From Takakia lepidozioides (lineage: Eukaryota > Plantae > Bryophyta), in assembly GCA_030704615.1 (NCBI GenBank), contig CM060732.1:67208001-67272000 (forward strand): DNA of 64,000 bases, given 5' to 3'. A program made the position numbers and the translations under genes. Below the pieces are notes generated by a model, which saw only the letters and a program-made list of their open reading frames with translations, did not search any database and had not been told where the DNA came from. This document shows positions 11,780-25,206 of the stretch, piece after piece (the stretch's first letter is position 1; every line of letters begins with the position of its first letter).

Positions 11780-12440
11780 GAAGGGTTACTGCCTTCCTAC
11801 TTCCTAACCTTTGCGACACTAATTGCTAGATTGAACCAGTGTTGGACTGGTATACCGATAAGAAACTGGTATCAATATTGGTATGAAGTACCAGACCAGT
11901 CCGGTATCACCTCGGGCCACTACCTAGCATATACCCATATTGGCTTGGTATCTGCTTCCTAGTATACCCTACCAGTGTGGTAGGTGATTGAAAATCTGGT
12001 ACCTGATACCAGTACCAGATCCATTTTTGTGAGGAAAACCTGGTATCAATACTTTGAAGAACTTGAGGAATACTTTGAGGAATAAAATCAATGAGAAGCA
12101 TGCTTGTACACATTTATATGAGAAGTGGGCTTTTCAATATTTAACATATTATGGGTTTTCTTTTATACCAGACCTGTATTGATATTACCCTGGTATCGAT
12201 TTTTAAAAACTCTTGCTATTGATACCCGTAAAAGACCACACCAATCAGGTAATATTGATACCACCATGGTATCAAAATCTCAGATTTTTGCCAATACCAG
12301 TACCTCCTGGTATCACAATTGGCTGGAGGCCTATATACTAGTACTAGCCTGGTGTGTTCAAAATACGACAGTCCAACACTGGATTGAACCCACAACCACT
12401 TCCGAGGTGGTGCCCAAGGGTGGCTACTTGGTTGTCAATT
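11780..12440 (-). mobile_element. tRNA-derived SINE-like repeat interrupted by a hAT MITE
   Basis: The flanks of the MITE match the reverse complement of 38870-38997. Confidence 0.6.
11837..12381. mobile_element. hAT-family MITE
   Basis: 13-bp perfect TIR CAGTGTTGGACTG, 8-bp TSD gattgaac (11829-11836 and 12382-12389), GGTATC/GATACC subterminal repeats. Confidence 0.9.
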
Positions 12441-13549
12441 GACCGCACCACCTGCTGCGTCCCCTCACAAATTTTGGGGGCCTTTTGGGGCAAATCCTAC
12501 AAAATGCCACCATTGCAGTGGGCCCAATTTTGGGCCATTTCAGTAAAACTTAAAAATTACTACCATCGTATTTACATATTTGAGTGACGGGATAAAAGTG
12601 GATAGGCCTGAAAAAATAACTCAATTTGGGAAAAAACGAAAAAACCCTCATGCCGACACTTGGTCAAACAAGGGGGCGTTGGAGAGTTCACAAACACACA
12701 AGGGTAGAAGCAATGGAAAAGCAAGACAGAAAGGGGACCCTGCTCGAGGCCAAATCTTTCAACCCTAACTCAGGCAATCCGATACACAACTTTCAACTGC
12801 CATAGATAAGCATGGATGAAACTTAGCGGATTCTGTCAAATATAAAAAAGTTAGTAAGGAAAAAAAAAGATTAAAGCCCAAAAGAATGGGCGTTTAAGGG
12901 TAGGTTCTGTAATAGATATACATGTATATATATAAAGCAGTTCATTCTGCCCGATTAATTCTAGAGTGGTCCAAGAATTAACGTGGTTCTGGAGTTAAAA
13001 GAGGGGCCCAATTTAATAAGGCCACATGAATTAATTAACGAAATGAAGGGTCCCAAAAAAGACGGCTGGAAGCTGATAGTTATTAAATAGGGGATGGTGA
13101 TACCTATTAAATTGGGGACATCTATCAAGTGGTGAGAGTATGCCACATGTCCCACCGCTCTCAGAGGGTAGGTATGGAACGAATGGAACATCAATGAGAA
13201 TACCATGGACCTTCAAATTTTAACAATAATATATTTATATACCTGTATATGTGTGTATGTATACAGCTGAGAAATTTGTTGACGACAGATTTTTTTATTT
13301 TGGTTTTTGAGATTTTACAGAACAGGGACAGAGGCCCTGGAAGTTTATTCATTGGATTTCTTTGATGTCAGCAGTCAAAGAATAATCAGATGTAATCAGA
13401 GGACCCCTTTTTATAGTTCGGTTGGCTACAATGGGTGACATCCAACATAGATACATCTATATGCCTCTCAGTGACCACTTAAGACGCCCTTGCGCCGGGC
13501 TATCTGTTGGATTGTTGCGGAAGGAAGGTAGTGTGCACGAGGACGAAAC

Positions 13550-13892
13550 CAGTATTGGGCGGTTATTTGATTTTTTCATAACCGGTGGTTCCGGTTGTTT
13601 CAGAAACTATTAACTGCGGTTGCGATTATTAAATTTTTTATGGCTAAATATAACCTCCGCGGTTATGGTTACTTGCAAAAACCTCAAATAATCGGCGGTT
13701 TTCATCAAATAACCGCAGGTATTGGGCGGTTCATTAAGAGGTTTTTTGTTTGGTTATTTGAATGCGTGACCTCCGCCGGTTCCTAACTGGACCGGTTACT
13801 TCATTTTTTCACCTCTGCCGGTCATATATATATATAACGGGATAGGTAACCGCCGGGTATTAGAGAGAAATTCAAATAACCACCCAACACTG
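13550..13892. mobile_element. hAT-family MITE
   Basis: TIR CAGTRTTGGGYGGTTATTTGA, 8-bp TSD gacgaaac (13542-13549 and 13893-13900), AACCG/CGGTT subterminal repeats. Confidence 0.9.
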
Positions 13893-15066
13893 GACGAAAC
13901 CTCGGAAAATGATCACCTAAGTAAATTCCACACCTCAAGAGATTTTAATTTCTCTATGGAGACTCGGTCCAGTAACGTTATTAAAATATATATTTTCAAC
14001 ATATTTCTCGTTCCTTTTATGATTAATATGAAAAATATTAATGAATTATCATTATTATTCTACTGAAAAGAGACCAGGATGCGCAGCGCGGGATGATTTC
14101 ATCCAGCCAAAAGCCACTGACGGCGGGCAGCCCCAAGAGTAGTAATGGTTTCGTTTTCTTTCTTTAGTTTCTCGCGGGTTGGCACGAGTTGCATGCGCAA
14201 TGAAAGAGATAACTATCGCCTCCCTCGCATTCATGTCTGTTCATTGCAGTACACATAACAGCTCTCAAGCTTTCAAGTCCAGCAATCTACTGGAATCCGA
14301 GAGTTTGGACGTTGGAATGTAGACATCGGGCAACGAGGTCGTAGGGCGTTAGGTGGCTTTGAAGGCAGCTTCAACTCATAAGCGGTAGTATGATTCCAGT
14401 GGGCAGTCATTTGTTCAACTGCTTTCGGTGATATTGTTGTACAAGTCTTGGGAAAGAGAGGGCTCCAGGAGCTTCGACTACATATCAATTGTCTGCGACG
14501 GGATTGAAACTTGCTGTGCACCAAGGGATTGAAACTTCTTTGTTGAAAATCAAGAGAGCGGGAGTTGTGCTTGCTGCAGGTGCGTGCTAACCCCAACTTT
14601 GTAAGGATGTTTTGCAACCTGACGGAGTGATATCTGCAGACTTTGCTTTATCCACAGTATAGGACAGTTTCCCTCGTACTTTTCTTACTAGCTTACTTTC
14701 CTTTTTGAAGTGAGGCGTGTAGTTTAGGGAACCATGGCTCCCAGGTTCCAGCCCCGGACTCTCTACAGCAATTACACATTTGGATCATGATTTGCTGTGA
14801 CTGGTTACGTCTCTTCAAACTTGTTAAGTTTAAAATTTCAATCTTCCAGCACGCCACCTCTCCATTCTGCTGTTAGGACTGCCTGCGTTTCCATCGTCTC
14901 CAGTATCTGTTAGAACTTGTTTGTAGAAATTGTGACGTGCTTCCTTCAGCCATCAACTGGATGCAGTTTCAGAGTATTGTACGAGAGCACGAACCTGGCA
15001 GTTCCTCACACATGGTAGATGGCATTTTAATGGTTCTGATTGTGCAGCAGAAAAGCTGGGAGAGAT

Positions 15067-16932
15067 ATGGAGGCGCAGGACTCTTTGAAGGAGCCCTTCA
15101 CAGGCAGGGAGGAGTCAGCACACCTCTCCACACTTGAACCCACCACAAATTCACCCGTGTTTTCATTTGGGGATGAACGATGTAATAGTTACACTAGCGA
15201 GAAAGGCGATAGAGCGTCTATCTTATGGCCAGCAAAGTGGTCGGTATGGGGAGAGACTAGGAATCAGCTAGCGATTGCTGTGCCAATGATATGTGTAAAT
15301 TTGCTTCAGTACTCACTGAATGTAGTATCCGTCATGTTTATGGGGCACTTGGGTGAACTTGCCATCCCTTGGAATTTATCAGTGATCAGGGAAGTCACTT
15401 CATTAATGAGATCATTGAATTATTGACTAAAGAGTTCATGATTGTGCATAGGAAGAATACAACATATTTCCCACAGGGTAATGGGCAGGCGGAGGCTACC
15501 AACAAAATACTATGTACTATCTTGGGTAAGATAGTCAATGCAAACAGAACGGATTGGGATACAAAGCTGTTGACACAGCTTTGTGGTCATACATGACTTC
15601 ATATAAAGTCACCACTAAGTATACACCATTCCAATTAGTTTATGGTATGGAAGCTTTACTGTTACAAGCACAAGCCTTCTAATGGGAATGGCAACTTCAA
15701 TAGAGACCTTGTGCGGGCAGGCATACGGAGCCAAGCAATACCACATGTTGGGTATCTATCTTCAGCGTGCATTGTTGGTCCTGAGTATTGCGAGCCTACC
15801 AATTGCTGTTGTGTGGTGGAACATGGGCTACCTTCTCAGGGCTCTTGGGCAGGACCCTGAGATCTCAGTAGTGGCAGGGCAATATGCCCGGTGGCTGATT
15901 CCAACCTTATTTGCGGTTGCCTCTACTCAAAGCTTGGTGAAGTTTTTGCAAACACAGAGCGTCGTGTTGCCAATGACATTGATGTCATTGACCACGTTGC
16001 TTCTCCATATCCCCATGTGCTGGCTGATGATTTACAAGCTGGACTTCGGATTTCGTGGGGCAGCTATTGCCAACGGGATATCAAATTGGTTGAATGTTTT
16101 GTTCATGTGTGCCTATGTGGCATTTTCACCTCAGTGTAAGAAGACTTGGACATCGTTTTCCACGGAGGCGTATAAGGAGCTCGGAAGTTTTTTCAAGCTG
16201 GCCATCCCTTCCGCAGTCATGATATGCTTGGAGTTCTGGTCATTTGAAATACTTGTGATTGTCTCAGGGCTGTTGCCGCACCCACAGCTAAAAACATCCA
16301 CCCTCGCTATCTGTTTGACGAATCTCGTGTTGATGTACATGGTACCATTTGGCCTCAGTGCTGCAGTCAGCACTCGCGTTTCCAACGAGCTTGGAGCTGG
16401 AAACCCACTAGCGGCCAAGTATGCGGTGGTCGTCGCCGTCGTAATGGCCGTGTTGGAAGGTGCTCTGATGGGAATTCTGCTGCTAACAGTTCTGCGCAAT
16501 GTCAATGGCCGGGCCTTCACAAATGAAGCCGAGGTTATCGAGTACGTGGCCCGTTGTATGCCTTTTCTTTCATCACTTGTATTCCTGGATGGCATCCAAG
16601 GTGTTCTTTCAGGCGTGGCGAGGGGATGCGGTTGGCAAGCTCTTGGAGCGTACACGAACCTCGGGTCGTTTTACATTGCGGGCTTGCCATGCGCAATCAT
16701 ACTGGCCTTTGTCTTCCACTTCGACGGCGTGGGCCTGTGGATAGGAATCACCGTAGGGATAGCAGTCAAGACTATTGCCCTTCTCCTTATTACACTCTTC
16801 ACCGATTGGGACAAGCAGGCCATGTATGCATCGGGTCGGATCTACTCATCTGCAAGCGCGGTACTGCCCCTTCAAAGGGAAGAGATTCATCGTCTGTCGA
16901 ACGAAGAAAGGGATTATCTGCTGACCCATTGA
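15067..16932 (+). pseudogene. MATE/DTX efflux transporter, interrupted at about 15364-15655 by an integrase fragment
   Basis: ATG at 15067, VMFMGHLGELA, then resumes TVTSTSLLMGMATSIETLCGQAYGAKQY...RVSNELGAGNP...GVARGCGWQ. Co-linear with the paralog at 23719-25206. Confidence 0.88.
15364..15655 (+). mobile_element. Gypsy integrase core fragment inserted in the MATE CDS
   Basis: ISDQGSHFINE...YFPQGNGQAEATNKIL...DWD...TPFQLVYGMEA. No LTR or TSD seen. Confidence 0.88.
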
Positions 16933-19286
16933 CTATGTGCAAATACTTTAGCAATACCTGAGAAGACGAGATCACTGTGGAGAATATCTATGTGACGTCA
17001 ATGAATTTGACAGGTTCGTCATGTGCTGTTGGTAATCATTTTTGACATTATGCGAGTTTCAAGAGGGGCCGACTCATCACCTGCAGAGAAACTAGAAGCA
17101 TTTCACACAGCTGTCGAGGAAACTTGGTCTCTAATTATGTATCCCTGCCACAAGCTTTAACAATATGACTGTGATCTGTCATTCTCTGCGGCTATCTCTG
17201 TAATTGTCGAACAAACCAATGTCTCCAATGTGTTGCTCTCAAATTGGATATACAGTAACTATTCAATCAAAGGCTTTAAAACCTGTAGCAACCAGCATTG
17301 ACAGTCGAGTCTCTCAATTGAGAACACATTTTTGGAAACCATCCAACCGGTGTACATACTACATACAGCAAGTTTCGGGAATGTGTAAGCTACTGGTTGA
17401 AACCGTGAGGAAACCGTTTGATGTGCGGGGACTGTGCCGAGAACTGTTCAAATTTTAATGAACTGTGCTCTACTTAAGCACATTATAGTACTTGGAAATG
17501 TGTGTAGGTCTCTCATCCCAACCCCTGTTTACGAAGTAATTGTAGCTGCAACGACTGATAAATAGTCCCAAACAGCATGAGCGGCTCTATCCACTTTTTG
17601 GTTGACCGCTTGATCTAGACGAGCATCAGAGCTGGGTACAGCTGATCAATCCAGCCCTATGCGACGGTGAACCCCACTGTAATACATACTGTAAGCCACT
17701 ATCAGAGAAAATGAAGAGGGTGCAAGATCTGCTGTAACGTAAACAATCTGCCTTATCAGAGATGATGGTGGTTTTGCGATCGCCGCTGCGGTAGCGGAAG
17801 GGAAAACAGCGGTTCTCGATTCTTAGCACAAACAAAATCTATAACGTGCCAAAAGAAATCCACTCCCATCTTATGTTCTGCCTCTCAATCACCAAGACCA
17901 GAAGTAGTGATTACACATGGAGCGGCACTGGAGAATCCTTACTTACTGGAACCTACATACCATGGTCTGACAGCATACCTTCCAGCTAAGACATGTTGTT
18001 GCTTTTACTGCCCTTGCACCCAAATATGTCCTTGAGAACCTTCACAATTTCTATCTCTATCAACAGTATGTCAACACAAGATAATTAATTTCTGAAGTCC
18101 TTAAACTAGCATACTGATACAGTATTAGCCTTTGAGCGCCCTTCCAATTCAGACTATGGATCATAAGTACACTCTGCATGTTCAACATACCTATTCCTCA
18201 TCAACTGTATGTCTGACCCACACTATCTAGCGTGATCAATATTCCGGCCTTTAGGTACCTAACACACAACGGCTGCGTAACGGATGCTGTCAACTAACAT
18301 TCTCCTTCATGTGCTCCCATCTCGCGTTCAAACCTAAAACCTGCAAAAAGAATTGTGGAACTAAAAATTACGGATACGATAAAATGCCCACCTCAGGAAC
18401 GTGATGATACACACTAAGCTTAAGTTAAAATCTACACAAGCTGAGGTTGGTGATTTTGAAAGAAAGAAAGGAAGCATAAATTGTAGTGTCTCTTCATTCC
18501 GAATGATTACTGCCTTTTGAGTGTTTATAATTATGTCACTATGACTGAAGAAGGAGAAGCAAGGTACTAGGCAAGCGTTGCTTTGCTTGCTGCAATCATA
18601 TGGCAATCACCTACTCTCACCCATCCAACGGATCCATTGTATTAGGTACTCCCTCAGATAGTTCAAGAGTTGGTGAGGAAAAGTGATGGAGGAGATACCA
18701 GGCATCATGTCTCATGCAACTCGGTTGTAGCTTCAAAGGTGACCGTGTTTTTCCATGATCAAAAAAAGAATACATATCACTCTCCCTGATAATTACTGTT
18801 TATTATCGTCCTTTATGCTAAGTAGCTATGTAGTTGAGAAACTCCAATGCAATACAAGTACAAGATTTGGAAAGTGCAACATGAGTATGGGACGTTGAAC
18901 TTGGAAAACTCAATTGCATGATAATTACAAAATAGTTTTGAAGGCTATAGTGCCTGAGGTGGGTGAAAACATGCTAAACACATGCCACTGCACCGATCAG
19001 TGCTATATAATACTTTATCTGGATCTCAGTGCAGAGGCAATAGATTCACTTTTCCTCAAGTTACACCACATCCATTGCAACGACCTCGTCAGTTGCTCCC
19101 ACCACTCTTATATAAACTGCAATTCAATCTCCCTTGTTATTCAGTCTCATCAAGGCTTCTCTCATATACACATCTATGTACTGATACTCGCAAATAGTAT
19201 TGGGAAGCTTGCAAGTATCTAAGCATTGTGGTGATCATCCCGAAATGGTGACGCTTGGAGGGCAAGTATGTGGAGCTCGTGACCAG

Positions 19287-20734
19287 ATGAGATGGAGGTT
19301 CTTCGGGCTCTCCTCAGCGAGCATCTTAGTGTTGGTGTTGGGTGCAGTATGCATGCCTGTGGAGGCAAATAAACGCTATCAAATACGACCACGAGCATTG
19401 ATTCACCAAGACCCACCGCAGTATGAGCCTTCTCTGCCACCGTCACTGTCACCACCACATTATTATCACTCTCCACTGCCACCGCCGTTGTTGCATCACG
19501 AGTCTCTGGCGCTAGTGCTTCATGACTCCCCACCTTTGCCATTGCATAATGAGTCGTTACCCTCGCCTTTGCACAATGCTTCGACACCACCTCATGAATC
19601 TCCACCACCACCCTCGCCTTTGCACCATGGGTCGCCTCCACCACCATCACCATCGCATCATGAACAGCATGAATCTCCGCCGCCACCCTCACCTTTGCAC
19701 CATGGGGCACCTCCACCACCACTGCATCAGCTTGAGTCTCCTCCACCACCATCACCACCGCAGCATGAGTATTCTCCTCCGCCACCCTCGTCACCAATTA
19801 GGAAACTACAATCTTCATCACCGACGAGAAAATTTGATGAAATGACCATCTCGACTTCATCTCGTCTATCTACAGCTTTCACACCTTCATCATCGCCGTC
19901 ACGATTGCCTGCCCCGGTGCCTGCTCCAGGGCCTGGAGTAGGGCCCGAAAGAACACCCGCTCCCTCCGCCGGTAGCAGCTCCAATTGTACTGCAAATACT
20001 ACCATGGTAAATTATTCAAGGCCCGTGGTCTCTTACACCTGACTGGGGGCTCATCGATTTCTACATAGATTATCTCGTTTTGTGATTGTATCTCAAGCTG
20101 TGGTTGTGAAATTATTCTTGCAAAAAGTTTGAACCCATGTGATGTTCAAGGACCTTTAGGAGTTTGAACATGAAATATAGATGTTGTCACCTAACTTGAC
20201 GTTGGAATCACCATAGTTCACATGTGGGAGCTTATAGATATGCACTCAAGCTTCTATGTAGCATCCACAATCTAGAGTTCCGAACTCATCATATATGTAA
20301 CAATCACATTCCTAAATATATAAAATATCATAACATCATCATGCATCTATCCAATGTTTCTATTGCAGTTAAATGACCAGTGCACATACACTATAATCAT
20401 CGAGACTGGCAACATCGACGGAGCAGGGACCTATGCAGACGTAAACGTGGAGTTTTTTGATAAGTACGGAAACTCGGTGTTGTTTGTCGACCTCGACAAC
20501 GAATCGGACAACTTCAAGAAAGGTGCAACCGACACATTCATTCTAGTGGACGATTGTTTAGAGAACATATGTGGAATGCGTCTGTCCCACGACGATGCTG
20601 GACCAGACCCCAGTTGGTTTGTTGACACTGTCAGTGTCTCCGTCTTGTATCAGACCCAAGTGTTTAACGTTTTTGAATGGCTCTCTAAGTACGAGCCACC
20701 ATACATGCTCTCCAAAGAGATCACCTTATGTTAG
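19287..20734 (+). CDS. Secreted His/Pro-rich extensin-like plus PLAT/LH2 domain protein, 2 exons (19287-20006, 20369-20734)
   Basis: Hydrophobic signal peptide, HESPPPPSP repeats, phase-0 GT-AG intron, PLAT motifs CTYTIIIETG..GAGT..D, F..G.TDTF, W.VD.V.V. TATA-like sequence near 19109. Confidence 0.85.
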
Positions 20735-23718
20735 GGATAATTTGAGAGCACTCCTTGCAACATTGTATGAGCTGGGCTTCCGCCAAGATTTCATGTGAGG
20801 ACTCAATTACAACAAGCAAATTATTAACATGTTGTTCCGCATGGTATAGCACTGGATACCTATATATTTTGTGAATCCAAGCATACATCTAGACTTGGAA
20901 TGGAGGGAAACAAGTAGTTATAAGATATAGATAATCAGATCTCAATAAGATATGTTCATGCGTTAAGATCTTAAAATAAAGTTTGTTGCTTTAGAATGGA
21001 CAGTGTAAGTATCATCTCATTGACTATCTTTGCCAATTTTTGCGGCTCAGATGCACGGACTTTCAATTTCCCAGATTCAGCCGTCTTCCATGTGTCTTTG
21101 TACTAAGCTGTTTCTATGGAAATCACAGAATAATCTGTGCAAGTCTATGATTTCATATCTTCCTCTAAGTTCGCCAGAATTTTCAGGATTGATGCTGCTT
21201 TGAGTGACAGGAAATTACAATATCTGCTGATCATATGCTTAGTTTCCACAACTAGCAAATTCAAGCCAATTGGAGGCATCAGGGCTAGGGGCACCAAGTT
21301 TAAAGCTCAATTGAAATTTTGAGGGGCTATCTTTTGGCTCCTTTTTGTTTTTCCCAGCTTTTAGCTTGGCCCCATCTGGCTCTTTCATCCCTTGCTCTTT
21401 CGTTTTCCTCTGTCGTTATGCTGTTATGTTGTTTCCCTTTGTAAGTCTTCACTGTTTGTGGTTATTTTTACCCTTCTCTTAATTCAATTGAACTCCCTTT
21501 TATTAAAAAAAATGAAATGAAAAAAAATGAATTTGTGCTCTCCTTTTTTCTTTACACTATTAGAAGGCCAATAAAAAAAAAGGCGAAAAAATGCGGGTTT
21601 CTTTTCTTTTCTTGTCTTTGTGGGGGTGGGAAGTTTGGGCAATTTGGGTAAAATGAAAACAGAGATGGTATGAAACTAGTTATTGACCCTAGTCCTGTTC
21701 TAGTCTCCCACTTTGCAGTCATCACTGGAATGTTTGGTGCCATACTCTCATTCCAAGCACAAGAGAGATTCGATGCTTTGGACATGTATATATAGGCCAC
21801 TTTGTCGCTCATTCAAGTTGTAAATAAATACTTCTCCCAATGAGCCAATTGGAGGGAGTACCGTGTCAAAATATGCACCCCAAATCGTTTGAAAATTGAA
21901 ACAAGGTAAAGGAGAGTGGATATGTAGAGGTTGTTGATGTGGTGTCTGCATATGGACCCCAGAGAGCGATTGCTCAACTGGAAAAGTGGCACCATTTCTG
22001 GCGCAGCTGCTGGATTGTTGCGACTGACTAACTGCGCCATTTCAAAGCTTCTAGATTGTAGCGACGATGGAGAGGCAGGTGAGGATGGGGAGTTGGTTGG
22101 TGCGAGATAGTCAGGTGAGAGGTGAGCAGCAGCCAAGAGAGAACTTTAGGTTCAGATGCAATCAAGAGAGGCATGGCTCTCAGGGTGACTACAGGGTTCT
22201 TATGTAACACAAGTTGTACAAGGTTTTCATGGCCAATGTGATTTGGGGTGCACATGCAGCTCCTGTTTTTCTGCTTGAAATTGTATCTACACTGTGGGTA
22301 GATGGATGGCTTGCAGCTGCTACCTCGAAAGAGTTGATTTTTTTTTCTCCACCTGTCCCCATGGTATTGTGCATACTGATGCATTTCTGACACATAGTCT
22401 TCTTCCACCTCACTATTTGGCGTAGTGATACCCACTGACCAGTAGTATGGTCTGGCCCATGCTACATATGTAGCTTCACACCTCAGCTTTTAGCCAGCAT
22501 AGAGCTGAAGCCATGTGCAGTTTCCTCACCCTCAGATCCTGCGTCAGAGCACTTGGCAGACATTTCCGCACCATCATCTGCATTTTTAGCTGGGCAGAAT
22601 ATTTCCAAACCAACAGAACATAATATGGAGGACAAAGCAAAGCCAGGCGCAACTGGGAAACCCAGAATTTCAGTTTACAACAGGCTAGCTTAAAGAGCTT
22701 CATGGTAACTCCTGATTAGCAGATTCAGAGAAGGCACTGCAGTATCAAACAGACTAAAAAAGGAGAGCAGAGATCAGTCCAGGAAGGGTCATAGGTGAGT
22801 GCTCATAACAATGCATATGTAGGTCCAAATCACAGAGGTCTGGTAATCCTCATAAGAAGCCACCAGTCGTATCTCATAACAGACTAAGACTCAGTAACAG
22901 AGCTGTCCGGCAACACCCACATACCAAAAGACAACCTCTGGCGAGATGCCTCAGCAGCCAGCCTGAGGGACAGATCACAGACAGGTATCATGAACTAAGT
23001 AAAGGAGTCCTAAATGCCAAGTGAGTCCAGCACTCACACATGGACATAGTTCCTGAAATCTGTCATATGTCCTGGGACTGGTACCCCAAATTCTGGTTCC
23101 AACAAACCCAGCCACATCATAGAGCCCACCTACCATGATAGCATCCTAATTGACTTGGCTCCTTGCAGTCACATTTAAATCCGAGCACAGCACACCTCGC
23201 AAACCTCTTTACTTTTGAACTTGAACACATAAAAATCTCTTAGAGGCAGGATTAATAACCTGGAGGTAAGCCCGTCAACCCTACTACCTGGGACGCGGCT
23301 GCACCAACCCTAAAACTAGAGAACAACATTTGCAGTGAAATTCTGGAATTCTTTATGGTGTGTCGACACTCTCCCACCTACATGGCACATAGACTACTCT
23401 CTATCCCATGGTAATGGAAAAAAGAAGAGTCAGATAGGTATGAGACCCTGGCTTGCGCATGATCCCTCCTGGAACACCTAAAACTCACTGAGACATGATC
23501 TTGGTGTTTAGCGCATCAGGGGGAAAAACTGCCACAGCAGTTGCACTCAGCCCACGACAATCTAGCATTCAATATCTTCTACTGGGAAGCATAGTGCTGA
23601 CTGCAGAGATGTAACTCTATCATCATCATCATCATCATAAAATAGGAGCAAGGAATCAAAAAGTAGGCGATAATATCTCTCTTCTACCAGGTGAGGGATC
23701 TCCAAGGCTGTGGTCCAG

Positions 23719-25206
23719 TTACATGGGCAATCTTCCACTGAGAGACCTGTAAACCCGGCCTCTTGCTTTGAGAGCCTGTTTTTCCCAGTCAGTGAACAGA
23801 GTGATGAAAACAAGAAGAACAGTCTTGACTGCCATGCCACAGATAATTCCAATCCACAGCCCAATCCCGTTGAAGTGCAAGACAAACGCAAGTACAATTC
23901 CAAGCGGTAATCCCAAGACGTAAAAGGCCCCCAGATTCGTGTACGCTCCAAGTGCTTGCCAACCACATCCCCTCGCCACCCCTGAAAGACTACCTTGGAC
24001 AGAATCCATGAATACAATCGATGCAAGGAGGGGCATACAATGGGACACATACTCAATAACCTCAACTGAGTCAGTGAAGGCCTGACCACATATACGGCGC
24101 AGCACTGTTACCAGCAGAATTGCCATAATTCCACCTTCCAATGCGGCCATTCCGACTCCCACTGTCACTGAAGCCCTTGCAACTTGTGGGTTGCCAGCTC
24201 CAAGTTCATTTGACACCCGAGTGCTGACTGAAGCACTGAGGCCAAATGGAATCATGTACATCAGCACCAGATAATTCAAGCAGATTGAGAGGGTAGACGT
24301 TTCCAACGTTGGGTTTGGCAGCAACCCTGAGGCAAGTACAAGTATCTCCATTGACCAGTATTCCAGGCATAGCATGACTGCAGAAGGGATTGCCAGCTTG
24401 AAGAAATCACCCAGATCATAAAACGCCTGCTTTGAAAAACCTGTCCAAGTCTTCTTAAATTTGGGCGAGAACTTCACATATAATGCCAGAAGAGCAACAT
24501 TCAACCAGTTAGAAAAACCGTTGGCCATAGCTGCCCCGCGTACACCGACACCCAGCTTGTAGATTATCAGCCAACAGACGGGTATATGGATGGCCAATGT
24601 GGTCAATGACATAAGTGCCATTGGCAACACAATACTCTGTGTTTGCAAGAACTTCACCAAGGGTTGAAGGGAGGCATAGGCCAACAAGGTTGGGATCAGC
24701 CACTGGGCATACAAACCTGCCAAATCTGCAATGGAATGGTCTTGCCCAATAGCCCGGAGAATCCAACCCATGTTCCACCACACGACAGTAATAGGTATGC
24801 TCGTAATGTACAAGACCAACATGGCACGTTGGAGATAAATTCCCAGCATGTGGTACTGTTTCGCTCCGTAAGCCTGCCCGCACAAGGTTTCCAGTGAGGA
24901 TGCCATTCCCATTAGAAGAGCCGTACCTGTAACACCTCCCAAGGAAGAGGCTATGGAGGCACTGGCAAGTTCAAGCTGACCCAAGTGCCCGACAAACATA
25001 GTCGACGCCACATTCACAGAGAACTGAAGGACGTTCACACAAACCATCGGCAAAGCCACAATTAGCTGCGTCTTAAGCTCTCTCCAGAACCACTCTGGTG
25101 TCCATAAGACGACCGCTGCATCGTCTCCCTCACTTGAATGCTTAGATTGCCCATTCAGGACCGGTTCCTCCTGGCTTACCAAGGGCTCCTTCAAGGAGTC
25201 CGTCAT
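23719..25206 (-). CDS. MATE/DTX efflux transporter, intact 495-aa intronless CDS
   Basis: FVGHLGQLELASASIA, ETLCGQAYGAKQY, RVSNELGAGNP, GVARGCGWQ. ATG at 25206 follows a ttgcag acceptor (probable 5'-UTR intron). Confidence 0.95.
   Translation of the reverse strand: MTDSLKEPLVSQEEPVLNGQSKHSSEGDDAAVVLWTPEWFWRELKTQLIVALPMVCVNVLQFSVNVASTMFVGHLGQLELASASIASSLGGVTGTALLMGMASSLETLCGQAYGAKQYHMLGIYLQRAMLVLYITSIPITVVWWNMGWILRAIGQDHSIADLAGLYAQWLIPTLLAYASLQPLVKFLQTQSIVLPMALMSLTTLAIHIPVCWLIIYKLGVGVRGAAMANGFSNWLNVALLALYVKFSPKFKKTWTGFSKQAFYDLGDFFKLAIPSAVMLCLEYWSMEILVLASGLLPNPTLETSTLSICLNYLVLMYMIPFGLSASVSTRVSNELGAGNPQVARASVTVGVGMAALEGGIMAILLVTVLRRICGQAFTDSVEVIEYVSHCMPLLASIVFMDSVQGSLSGVARGCGWQALGAYTNLGAFYVLGLPLGIVLAFVLHFNGIGLWIGIICGMAVKTVLLVFITLFTDWEKQALKARGRVYRSLSGRLPM

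Noticed and set aside
15353-15653. MATE insert as a spliceable intron
   Set aside because: The nearest GT (15353) and AG (15653) give an out-of-frame join, and conserved codons are missing regardless
21813-22703. Minus-strand short ORFs as a gene
   Set aside because: No recognisable domain or consistent exon structure
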